Below are positions 1-17,300 of a DNA stretch of 64,000 nucleotides, piece after piece. Each line of letters starts with the position of its first letter. Position 1 is the first letter of the stretch. Both the position numbers and the translations under genes were made by a program. Below the pieces are notes generated by a model. The model had not been told where the DNA came from. It worked only from the letters and a program-made list of their open reading frames with translations, and did no database searches. This DNA comes from Lingula anatina (Eukaryota; Animalia; Brachiopoda): the NCBI GenBank assembly GCA_051362555.1, contig CM120640.1, positions 35,979,967 through 36,043,966 on the forward strand. The letters run 5' to 3'.

Positions 1-547
1 TGTCTGCTCTAGACTTAATTTCGAAAGATAGAAATTAACCCATCTTAAGTACTTTTACTATAATTATATGTGAAACATATATTTAAAGATGAATGGTCAA
101 AAATGCTACTATGGTACAGATTTTTGAACCTACGAGGTTTCAAAATATTGAATTCCAGAAAGAAAAAATCACTTTAATCTTCCATCGAATGTATCTGAGC
201 AATAAACAAAAAAAGATTATACAATATGCCCTACCCCATATAAAAAAGCCTTCTGTTGCCCTTATACATTTTGCCTTGGAGCGACCTGTAGGAAAAATCA
301 CCATCTTAATAAAAACTCTTACTGTTGATAACGATGTTTTAATGTTAACATCCCCTTCACCAATATTCAAAATATCTAATAAAATTGAAAAGGTGGTTTA
401 AATAACTTTAGGATAGCAAAATTGACAATTTAAACAATAGTGTTCTCGTACATTTTTGCTCCAAATTATTATCACTTAATGAAAATAAGCAATTATCACA
501 TAATTGAATAATTGATAAGATGATAATGATAGATTCAGCATTAACCT

Positions 548-766
548 TAGGCTCTATTCCCATAGATTTTAGATCGATCTATCCCCGCGGGGAGTCTCAT
601 TAGATTACTTTCAGATAATCCGACTTAAATGTCCGTCCCGCCTACTACAAGCTGTAAGGGGATAATTAACTTTCGTGTCCGCCCGGCTGACAGCTATTTA
701 GCGTGAACCCCCAGGGAGTTAGGTCGATCTAAAGTAGGTCGACCTAATCTATGGAAATGGGGTGTA
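548..766. mobile_element. MITE family A, copy 1 (~220 bp, foldback)
   Basis: Terminal inverted repeat TTCCCATAGATT...AATCTATGGAAA with TA at both ends; internal sequence clearly homologous to 45131-45350 and, inverted, to 51246-51490. Confidence 0.75.
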
Positions 767-3700
767 AGACAAATGCCCTGGTTGTAACGCGATCATATGG
801 AGACTGCTTAATGACACGCGATTGTTTGAAGGATACAAATGAAGATGTTTAAAACCAAACCCCGCTTCACTAAAGTATATCCTTAATGTTTTGCTTTGAA
901 AAGATATTTTAGAAGAATTGTTTTCTTTTTCCCTCCTCCTCCTGGTACAGGAAAACAAAGGCTTTCTGTAATATTGTTGTCTGTGTACATTCCTGTCTCC
1001 CGTGAAAACTGATAGACCGAGCTCCGAAAGACGGTTACATACAACGTATAATGATGAGTAACAGTGTTCCCACGTGCTTTCGAACCTCAACAGACCTTTT
1101 TAATGTTTACCTGCACGTTTACCTGCGTTTAAAAAACCGCCAAGAAAAAAATCAACACTAGCTCTGCCTGGCACGCCAACCAGTATGTTGAACCTCATGC
1201 AACATAAAATGAATCTTTTAGGATGTCCTATATTTCGTATTCCACCAGACGCGCTTACCAAGGCACCAAAGATGGTTATATACAATTAAAAAAGAATTTG
1301 GCGTCATGAAAGGAGACTTTCATCCCATGTCTATTTAAATCATTTATTTTCGCTTTCAATTATAAATGAATATAGAAAGAATTAAAAAAAATGCATTCAC
1401 TGAAAGAAAGCCTTTTCAAATATCAAGAAATGCGAATTAAAGGTGATGATGATAAGTACCATCTTGGTGATGACTTTTCAGGTAATGTTGTGCGGCACGG
1501 AACAGAAGTGGGAGGGAGGTGGTGAGATATTTCTCTGGCTAACATCGAAGTTTTAGGTCTATATAAAATGACGTGTGCCATTTGTTAGATCTATAAAATG
1601 TGTACCGTTAAAAAGTTTTAAATAGGGAGAGAGAATTTTTGTTAAGGGGGGAGGTGTATCATACCTGATATCCCGTCTTATACCATTATTTTTTCATATT
1701 TTTTGTAGTTGTTTCTGGCATTTTTGTTTTTTCTTATGCGTAGTGAACAAATTATACAATAACACTCTGAAAAGATAAATCGGTAGGTTACCTGTAAGTA
1801 TAATCCTAATTTTTTTATTTTCATGTGTGATTGCGGGTATGACAAACAAGCACTGTGTTAAGAAAATGTGGACGAGGTGAACTTTTAAGAACGTGCAGTT
1901 AAAAACAATACCTTGTTATGTCAGCATGTGTTAGACATGAGAAGTTGTAGGTAGCGCGTTGGGATGGTTTTATTGTTTCAAATTACGGGGTTTAGCGATA
2001 AATAAAACACATTTTTGGGGTATTTAGCTTTCTCAAACAAATAGACCAAATAACAATCATTCATCAAATTGATAAATATTGTGTTTGATATTGAGTACCT
2101 GAAATCAAACGTTCTCATGCATTATGTAGTCGATTATGAACATTTTTAAATTGTTAAATCACCCCGAGTTTCAAATGACACAAGGCAGACGAGCTGAGAG
2201 TGGAGAGGTGAGTTTCCAGTGACTTCTGTAACTCGGAGAGGCACCTATTGATTTATTGAATTTTTTTTGCAATGAATCAACCAAGTTTGTGCATACAATT
2301 TTGCAATCTGCACATATCCATGCCAAGATCACGTAAGTAATTATCTACTAAGGAGACTTAAATTCTACTGTCACTGATGGACTTGGGTTATTTGGGTAGG
2401 GTGAAGAGAGCACAATTTGGGACATTTTGCAGCCCTAAGCGTATAAGTGTGTTCCTGTGGGGCATATTAGTGGGTGTATTTTTTCTATTTGAAGGGTGAC
2501 TTGCTTATCCTCCAGCCACTTTGTTTTGGAAAGACGGTGGGAGGGGGGAGGGGCAGTGTTTTTACATGCAGCTGTCTACTAGTAACCTTCCCCCATCACA
2601 TGCAATATGTTCTTTAAGGGCAATCTTCAAAATAGAGACTGGTAGTAACACTCAAGTATGACTTAATGGGCAATATAAATGTACATTTTTAAGATAATCA
2701 TTACTGGACAGACATTTATAACTCACTGCATGATATTTGTTACAAATGGACACCAAAACAAGGCAATAAACCATCATTTTATTTTGTATAAAGCACTTAT
2801 TTTTTTTCAAAATGGAATATGAGAATATGAGAGAAATTGTCCAAAAGGTATCACAGACAGATTACAATTATGAAAGTTGAAAAAACATCTACAATTTTTG
2901 GTATTACAGAAAAACTAAAAACTACTGAATATCACAAATAGTCAATATATAAAGAGATTCATAAAGAAGCATGCAGTATATGGCAAGCAATTTACTACTA
3001 ACAATAATGAGCTCTTTGAACTGCATTCTAAGTTTGTCTAAGCACTTTGCCCAACACAAAGATTAAAACCTTATATACCAAAAACATACATGCAAATCTA
3101 CTTGTTTCTCCCGATTTCCAACATTCAGCCTTATTTCAGATAGTCTTTAAACAGACCATCATCAAACAACATAAAAGTGACTTTAAGCCACTAGAATGAA
3201 GCACCTGTTGGCTATAGTAGCATAATAAACGCTGCACTATAGGGCAAGACAAATAATATTCATGTTTAATGTAAACAAATGTTGGACAAATTTTTATTGT
3301 CACAAACGATAAACAGATTTTGAAGTTTACATTAATAATACTAAATAAAAATATGTGGAAAAGCAATATTGCATTTCCTTATATTCAAGTTTTTATGTAC
3401 ATTCATTTTAGAATGCTTAGTATATAAACCGAAAGCTTTTAAAAAAGAGTCTAGTAAATTACTATTCACAAAACATGACTTTGTCAGGGAAATGTAATTT
3501 TGAAAAATTAGTCGGATTTACGCAATTTAAAATATTAATTAATTTTTAAGTGACCAAATTTTCAAGTTTTTTCCATAAGTTTCCATTTCGCAACATCAGA
3601 CAGGCCGTGCATGTATACCTATAAGTTGTTCTGTAAAATAGGATCAGATAAAGCTTAAAACACTCAGTGATCAATCAAACTGTGTGATTGTCCAAATGAA

Positions 3701-4114
3701 CTGTAACAAAATCATTAGAAGATATGGCAGTGGAATTTTGCTGTAAAAAAGTATGATTATGTAATAACTAATTACCTAATCTTACCTACAATTCTCTATA
3801 GCTTACTTAACATCATTTTGAAGGATTCTTATCTCAGAAATACTGAATTTATTTGTTTCAAAGCTTGCTGTTTTATCAGTGGTTAAAAAAGATGCAACAG
3901 AAAGTTTACAGACAAAAGCACAGATCATCTAAAAAGAAAAAAACAAATTCTTAAATAATAATAATCTCATAATACTGGTGATAGTAGGTCCATTATTGTG
4001 ATTCCCCTGAATACTCTGTACTATATGGATTACATGTATTATATATAATTGTATCCCTCAAATACAGTTTTTTTACCTTCTCTCTCATTAACAGTGAAAA
4101 CTGGCTGCAAATTC

Positions 4115-9359
<5,245 letters not shown>

Positions 9360-10585
9360 GATCTCGTATCAGACAACTACATGTACAGTGCAGTACTCAG
9401 TCATTGGGTTTTCGTGAATGTCACATGGCCATGGTATAAAAACTTCAAAATGATCTCCTCTAAAATAAATGCTGTTAATTACGTACAGTATGTCCAATGT
9501 ACTTACAGTAGTACATTGTAAACCATTTATTCAAGTTTTCTATAACGATAGACTTGTACATGTACTAGTATCTACAACAAGTCAGAAATGAAAGGGACAG
9601 AATTATATAATGTAACACCTGCAGAAATAACGATTATATAATTTGAGTCGGTTAATTATATCAAGGAGTTATAACAGTTATAACAGTTATAACAATCACA
9701 ACATTGTCCGGACGACAACATGTAAGTAATTTGATAAAGAAAGCAATGTAAAACCTACCAAATGAAGCCAACAGAATCAGGAACCTTCGAAAATTAAACT
9801 ACTTTCTCTACAGAATTTTATCAAGTGTGTGAAATATACTAAATTTCTTCACGTCAACATAAGTTTACATGTTGTCAGCAAACGACCATGGCTTCTTATT
9901 ACGGATACAGTTTAGAAAGTATAATATGCTAGTACAAAATGAAAATATTTCTTTTACAACGTAAATGAGCACAAATAAAAACACTATTTTAATTAATTAG
10001 TGAATTCTGCATTAGAATGTCTGTACTGTTTCATTTATTTAAAAAATCCCACATGAAAATAAAGCGAAACTTCAGCATAGGTACAAAACGACTCTACATT
10101 TAAACAGGTAAGGTAAACAAATTTTCAATGCATGTAGCTAAGGTTGAGTATAATTAAAAGCGACCTGAATGTAATCAAAATTTTCAGTCATATACTACTA
10201 CAATTTAAACAGAAATAGTCCTTTTCTCGATGATACTTTACATTTTAATTAAGATACCGCGACCCTAACCACAGGTTTTGCCAATGGCTATGGTGCTACT
10301 GTGCGCTGTATGATTCCACCAAGGAGTTATAACTCCTTGATTCCACTAGATATCAAGGTACTTTTGTCAGACAGATTATCTGGCTGTCAGTGACTGTAAC
10401 TCTGCCAAGTTTAGACACACAAGACACAAGAAACCTGAATATTGTATATTTATATATTTCAAGGTGAGATGATTGGTACATCAATTGAAACTTGATGCAG
10501 GCAGTGAGATATATATATACATACCAGTACAGCAAGTAACTGAAAGTGCGTGTTATACTCGGTGACACTCCTCTTTTACCTGGAG
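9360..10585. promoter_or_regulatory. Shared divergent promoter/5'UTR region of the TIR-HEAT pair
   Basis: Start codons face away from each other ~1.2 kb apart. Probable non-coding first exons on both sides (minus-strand donor near 9758, plus-strand donor near 10464). Motif CAAGGAGTTATAAC at 9662 and 10320. Confidence 0.55.
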
Positions 10586-11135
10586 ATGGAGCTGTCCCAC
10601 CACCCACCACCTTCTTCAGCGTCCAGTGGTAATGTTGATGTGCTTATAAGTCATAATCAAAAGGATAGAGAATTTGCAGACTTCCTGGCAGGTAAAGACC
10701 ATGCCAATTTTTTTTTTAGTAAAATGAGCCAAGAAGTTGTCTCATACAACTCCTTGAATGAACATTAAGAAATCTGAATGATAAGAAGTAGTCATTAACT
10801 GATTTTGAATGTTTTAAATGTAATTTTACATTGTCAACAGTTGTGCATGATTATGATTTACAGTATTTTAGACTTTTTGTCAGTCTTTATTATCAAAACC
10901 ATCATTTCAGCAGTTTATTCAGATCTTACAAATGTAGCTGGAAAAATACTGGTAGAAAGATGGACAATATGATTATCAATTGCAGATGCATTAAAGAAAG
11001 AAGGTATTCATTGTGAACTTGGAGACCCAAAGAAAGCTGATGCCCAAAGAGTATTAGATTGTAAGGTATGGAAACAAGTATGATCTGAAATACGTAATGC
11101 AAGCTGATCTTGAAATAAAAAAGCCATTAAATTTA

Positions 11136-11201
<66 letters not shown>

Positions 11202-13780
11202 TTGCACTGTTGTTTGTGTACAAGTGCTTTAGACACAAAATATTCTCCAAGAGATGGACATTTTGGAATCATTTTTTTTTTGAAAAATAATTTAAAAGTT
11301 GGCATACATTAAAATTCGATATCTCATGCAGTTATATGGAAAGTAACTGTTATTTCTAAATGTGATTTTTAACTTTTGATTTTGTGGGCAGAGAGGTTGC
11401 AAAAAATGCATCAATCAAAGATATTTTGTGGATCTATACAAAATAAAACTTCCATTTAGTATTATAATTATATTATTGAACCATATTTTTCTTTTGTCTC
11501 AAGGTCCTTGTCCAGGTGCTAAGTGAAGAAGCAGCAGTGGACCACCACCTGCAAGATGAAGTGTCTTTGGCATACATATCTAATAAAGCAGTTTTTCCTG
11601 TTGGGCTGAAGTACTATGGAAAAATTGCATCCCGCCTATCCCCTGGAATGTACATATATACACAGCTTATGTGCTTTACTTTAATCAAAATTCTTTTATT
11701 TTCAAATATAGTTCTGTACTGATTTAGATTAATGATGTTGTGTAATATTTCTTTGATTCGCTGAATCAGATGTAGATTTTTTCCTTTATTTTCAAAGGAT
11801 AATACTCATCATATTCGTTGCAGGAAACTTATGTTGGCCAAGATCAATTGGACATTTTTTGTCACTAAAGAACATGAGTCGGAACACCTTCCTGGCCTTA
11901 TAAGTGGAATCAAGTTTGAAATCGACTCGTTTAAATCAAGACAGGAAGAGCTTGCTAGGCTGGAGGGAACGTATAGAATTAATTTCAGCAGAATGACCAG
12001 TAAAACAGAAAGTGCCAATTCAGAGGGAGATTCAGAAAACATTGACTTCTGGGACAGACACTTTGCCAACCAAACTGAGGTTTCGTGGAATGACTTCAGA
12101 GAGCGTTTTGTCAGTGACTATGGTGAAAGATTAAAAGAACAATTTGGGGATGAAAATGATGACAGAACCAAATGGATCACTCACTTGATCTATCAAGATA
12201 TTTTTGAGTTAAGGAAACACATTGCAAGAAATGTCTATGATAGATTTTGTGGCACAACAGACGTAGCCTACAATCGCAGAGATATTTTCTGCAATAGAAT
12301 GACTGAATATGCAGTGGCTTATCTTGCCATGAAAGAAGTATTCAGTATGGACAGCTCAGTTAGATTGACAGCAGTCAGAAATTTAGGTAGGGCAAAATTA
12401 TAAATGTGTGTCTAAACTAAATTGACAAATACTATTGGGTATGTTTTTAAGACAGAGACATTAATGCTCATGAAGTTAACTAGAATTGATCAGTTTGATA
12501 AAAATATTTAAAGGAAACTTACGGAATCCATAAATTAATATAGGCATTTTAAAGAAAAGGTATGTTTAATGGAGCAGTGCCTCACAGCTAATCATGATCT
12601 TAGAAATTCGGTTCAACCTGTGCAATTTTTAGGGGGGGATCCAGAGATATTTTCTGACAGTTTTCCAAATTATCTTTGTCCATCAGGGGCGGATCCAGAA
12701 ATATTTTCTGACAGTCTTCCAGATTTTCTTTGTTAATTCGTCCTTAATTTTTGACCGTCTTCCGACAGAAAATATTAGATACCCGTCAATGTAAACTTAA
12801 AAATCTGACCGTCTTCCGGAAGACCCAGAAGACGGCCTAAATCCGCCCCTGTCCATCCATCTACTATTTTTTGTCCATCTTCTGTAAGGCCCAGAAGACA
12901 GCTTCAATCCACACTTGCAATATTCTCATACTTTTATGGTACCTTCAATTACTAACTACATATATATATTCTTATTTTTAGACTCATTTCATACTTCTGG
13001 TGTGAGACACATGCTGCTAACACTTATAAGAGATCAAGATCCAAATATGAGAGCTGTGGCAGCTCTTGCTCTGGGACGAACAGGTACAGCCAATTCTTTA
13101 AAAAAAAGTGTTGAAATCAAGCGTTCTTGGTGATATTTAACTTGAATAAAAAAGTGATTGTTAAAGAGGGCAATTTGTTTCTAACTTTTTCAGTTACCTC
13201 ACTAACTTACCTGTAATAATCTTTTTAGGTACTAATGACTTTCGAGTTATTGATTCCCTAATCAAAGCTCTTAAGGATGAAGACCGTTTGGTTCGTGAGG
13301 CAACATGCATCTCTCTTGGAAAACTGAAAGTTATGAAAGCCATAGGCCTTCTGTTGGAAGTATGGTACGTTAGCTCACTTATAATTTAGTTAGAGTGTAG
13401 CTTTAGGGAAAAACACCCCAGTTTCATAACATACATTCATATTTGTAGAGTTTTCACACCAAAAAGATGATTTTACAGAGTATGATTTGTCTTTAGAGCA
13501 TAGATTGATTGAACCAATAGCAAAGTTTTAACTGGTAGATGTGGAATATTTACCAGCTCCAATATTTGGTTTCAAGTGTTTGTGTAATTTTTAATGAACT
13601 GGAGGATTTAGAATTTCAAAATTCTTTTTCTATAGGCGAAATGAACCAATTAAAGATGTGCGCCAAGCAGCAGAGAAAGCTTTAAATTTGATGGGAGGGA
13701 AGGATGCAGAGAAAGCTATTAAGGTCACACAGGTTTTGAACTCAGAGATTCAGAAGTTGAAGATGGCCAAGAAAGCATAA
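10586..13780 (+). CDS. TIR-domain / EF-hand-like / HEAT-repeat protein, paralog B (7 coding exons)
   Basis: Phase-consistent exons: 10586-10691, 10986-11065, 11504-11649, 11824-12386, 12982-13083, 13229-13364, 13636-13780. Motifs VDVLISHNQKD, LQDEVSLAYISNKAVFP, EVFSMDSSVRLTAVRNL, DQDPNMRAVAALALG, DEDRLVREATCISLG. Colinear with paralog A. Confidence 0.88.
11138..11198. repeat. (TA)n microsatellite
   Basis: Perfect TA run in an intron. Confidence 0.95.
12630..12917 (+). mobile_element. MITE family C, older copy, interrupted by a younger copy of the same family
   Basis: Begins AGGGGGGGATCCAGAGATATTTTCTGACAG and ends CCCAGAAGACAGCTTCAATCCACACTTG, matching the ends of the family C copies. Confidence 0.6.
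12684..12851 (+). mobile_element. MITE family C, young copy (168 bp)
   Basis: Perfect TIR CAGGGGCGGAT...ATCCGCCCCTG flanked by TCCAT on both sides (12679-12683, 12852-12856); homologous to 26179-26345. Confidence 0.85.
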
Positions 13781-14382
13781 TACGATGTGATTAATGAAAT
13801 GAACAATCAGGGGACAACAATCACAATATTTATTTGACAGTATAAACAGAAAGTATGCTTCATTCATCAATAATTTTATTGCGGTAATTTTTAGAAAATA
13901 CTAGAAACATAAATTGCATTTTTAGACTTCAGTAATTTCATAACACTTATATTGTATCACATTTTCAATTTATGTATAAAACCTATATTTTCAAAATTAT
14001 TGCACTTTTGCACCATTTAATGAAATCCATGTTAATCTGATTTTTTATATTTTGTAATGAGTAACATTTTTTTTTCTTATACTGACTCCTCCCTAGAATA
14101 TTCCCTAGTAATACTTAATAATTTCTGTGTTTTTTAAATTTAATTTTCATTTTACCTCAAACCTTTATAATAAAAAATAACAATGAAATATCACCATAAT
14201 GATACAGAGACAGACAATATTTAAATGATCATAAATGAAAATTATCAAACACAAGCAGAAATAATATACGGAATGACTTAATAATAACCCTGTAAAGCAT
14301 TTATAAATATCACTGAGAAAAGTCTTAGTTGTTTTTGTGTGGGTCACTGATATTTACTACTCGATGGATGGCAATCTGCAGG

Positions 14383-17300
14383 TCAGTGAGTGTCCTGGAA
14401 TATTAAAATGAAAATGCTTAAAAGTGTAGTTTTGGTTTCTTTGTCAGGTGAGGAAAACTGCATGAAACATGTACACTCAATGTGCTCTTGGACACAGCTG
14501 TCACTTCTTATAAAAAAACCTGTGATATTATGTTCAAATTAAAAAAAAGACAAAGAAAAAAATTAATTCTAATGCTGGATCTTGTGTTGTAACGGTGATC
14601 ATGATGTTTCGACCTTATCACAAGGCCTTCTTCAGATGAACTTATTTTGAATTGTCACTGAATTGTGACTGGTTTAGATGAGGAGTGAAAGAGGCCAATC
14701 GTTAAACAAACCTCCCTCGCCAAGTACAGTGGCCTGAGATGACAACTACCACATCTGTGGGACCAGGCCCTGGGAGACATCCCATGCAGACTGTCACCAC
14801 ATGACAGCAGTGACAACTAAAAATCTGTTCACCTGAGGAAGACCTTGAGAAACAAGGTCAAAACGTATTGATCTCTATTCTAACATAAGATCCAGTGTTA
14901 GGATTAACTTTTTTCATTATCTAAGTATAATACATCTGGATAAATCAAAACTTTCACTTTGATATTGAAAAAATGATACATGGATTGTGCTAACCTTCAT
15001 TTCTCTCCCTTTTGTTTCAATAGGTAATAAAAGTGCTGCTATGGTGGTAACTATACTTATACCTCCATATATAGAAACTGGGATATATATTGATGTGCGT
15101 AATAAAACCTAAAAATGAGAAATAAAAATGAGATTGCATAAGCATAATAAAGATTGCATAAGGATCACGGAGTATACATGGTATATGCAAGATTTGAAGT
15201 GTCATAGCTGGCTAAAACTGTCACTTTATACATTTAAATGTTTTTAATTTGAATTAAAATTTGAATAAAAATAAATTGAATTTAGATAAAAAATTTAATC
15301 GTCTCACCTGAGCCACAAAAGGAGTTATCATTGCACCAATCCTTGACATACCACTACATACACCCACTCCTATTGCACGGGTGGTGGTGGGGTACACCTG
15401 GGGAAAATTAAGATCTTGAGCTATATAATCAAGATTAATGGAGTCACTGCATTTTATTTTTTTTATTTATTTAGAACTCTGTCCATGTAAGGCTCCATTC
15501 CCATAGACACCATTCATTACCTGGACTGATCAAACCCCTGAAGGGGCTCTTGCTGAATGTAATCAACAAACTAACACTTCCCTCCTGGCATTAAATAGAA
15601 TATGGAAAAGCTGGTGATTATAGGAGTACATTGGAAACTAGAGGAGGCACGTCATTCAGTTAAGCTGATTGCATTCAGTGAGATTCCACGTAGAGCTGGG
15701 TAAATCTAGGTACCAGTGGACTGATGGAGGTCTAAGGTGTGCTCTAAGGTAGAAAGTTTTGACAGAATGAAAAAAGAAAAAAAATTAAAAACACATGCTG
15801 TTGTAGTATATTGCTTACCTCTGGAGTATACACATAGCATGCCTGGAAAGCACCTGATATGAAAGCTCTTGCCACAAATATGAAAACTATCAGCACAGTC
15901 CTGAAATTTGAAAACCAAAATTTTCAGTGAAACAGCATCAAATAATATCAAATAATACAATTTTATAAAAACAAAAGGTAATAATGGTAGGTGCAGTCAC
16001 CGATGAAAAAGTCATTTATGTGATATTCATTCACCCTGATATTAAAACTTGATATAAAAATGATAATGACTTACCTTGATGGACAAGTGCAGACTAATAA
16101 AACAAATACAGAGAAGACAAAAAAATCTAGTGCGATGGTTTTCTTCCTGCCCAAATAATCAATGGCTAGTAAGGTGATGATCTGACCTATGACAAAAATG
16201 TTCACTATAATAATTATTATTGATATTATTATTATCATCTTTTTCTATCTATATTTTCTTGCAACAAAATACATTTTTTATCCTTCCCTGTTATGAAAAA
16301 GTGGAAATGCAGGAATTTAAGGCCCCATTGCACTCAATCAAGTGAAAACGAGGAATTATAGAATATTTTTGTTCATTAATAGAATAGAGAAATATTTTGA
16401 AAATAACAGTAATTTGTCTTAGATATTACTAGAAATTCATGCCAATCATCTAATGATGTAATTGGTAGTATGATGACAGTTAAACAGTTACTTACCTGGA
16501 AACTCTGCCACTGTGGTCCATAACAGGTCTAGGTAGTCTTTTGTGGTTAACATTTTACAGTCTAGGAAACAGCCTGATTCTTGAACTTTTTGGCCTACTA
16601 AAAACACAGAACAATGAAAAAATTAGTATCTCATTTACATACAAAGAAGAATAATCATAAATGTTAATGTCATAAGCTCCCATATTAAAAAATAACTATA
16701 AAAAGTTGTATAGTCATTGATGTTGTAAAGAAACAAAAATACATGTGAATCTCAATTTTTGACTTTACCTGAACTGTAACAGGGATTTTCTTCATCAAAT
16801 AGTTCAGTTGTCAATAAAGCTATGCCATAGTAACAGAAGGAAGAACTAAACCTGAGGAAAAAAAGATTTGAAAAACATTACAGTTAATTATTTTTGAACT
16901 GATAGTGATATTTATTTATAAAAAAAAGTTATTATTTTGATTAGTTAAAAAAGATGTTAAAACAGTACCATAGACCCAACAGTATTATTGTTGTTATTCT
17001 TAAATCTGGTGTGAATAAGTCTTGCACTCTTCCTCGCTTCACTTCCTGAAAAGAAAAACAAAGCTTTAAATTTGTTTGGTTTAAAATATGTAAAAGAACT
17101 CAACAGGCACCCTTGAAATATCATTTTTTGTCTTTGAGAACTGTATAACAAAACCAGTCATATGAGACTGCATGAATGCAAGTTTTCCAATTCATATTTA
17201 GTTGGTTAAAAGTTTGTTAGAGTAAAGAGAGTATTTATTATGGGTATGTGATCAAGACGAAGGTTTATTCCCAAAATCGCTTACCACTTGTTCTGGATTT

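Noticed and set aside
93-1285. ORFs at the left edge, including in-frame minus-strand ORFs 749-1090 and 1100-1285
   Set aside because: No recognisable protein motifs, interrupted by a stop, and one end runs into a MITE. May be promoter or UTR sequence of a gene outside the window, but unsupported.
15488-15750. Possible fourth family A MITE (starts GGCTCCATTCCCATAGA)
   Set aside because: Only the left end resembles the family; no matching right TIR found.
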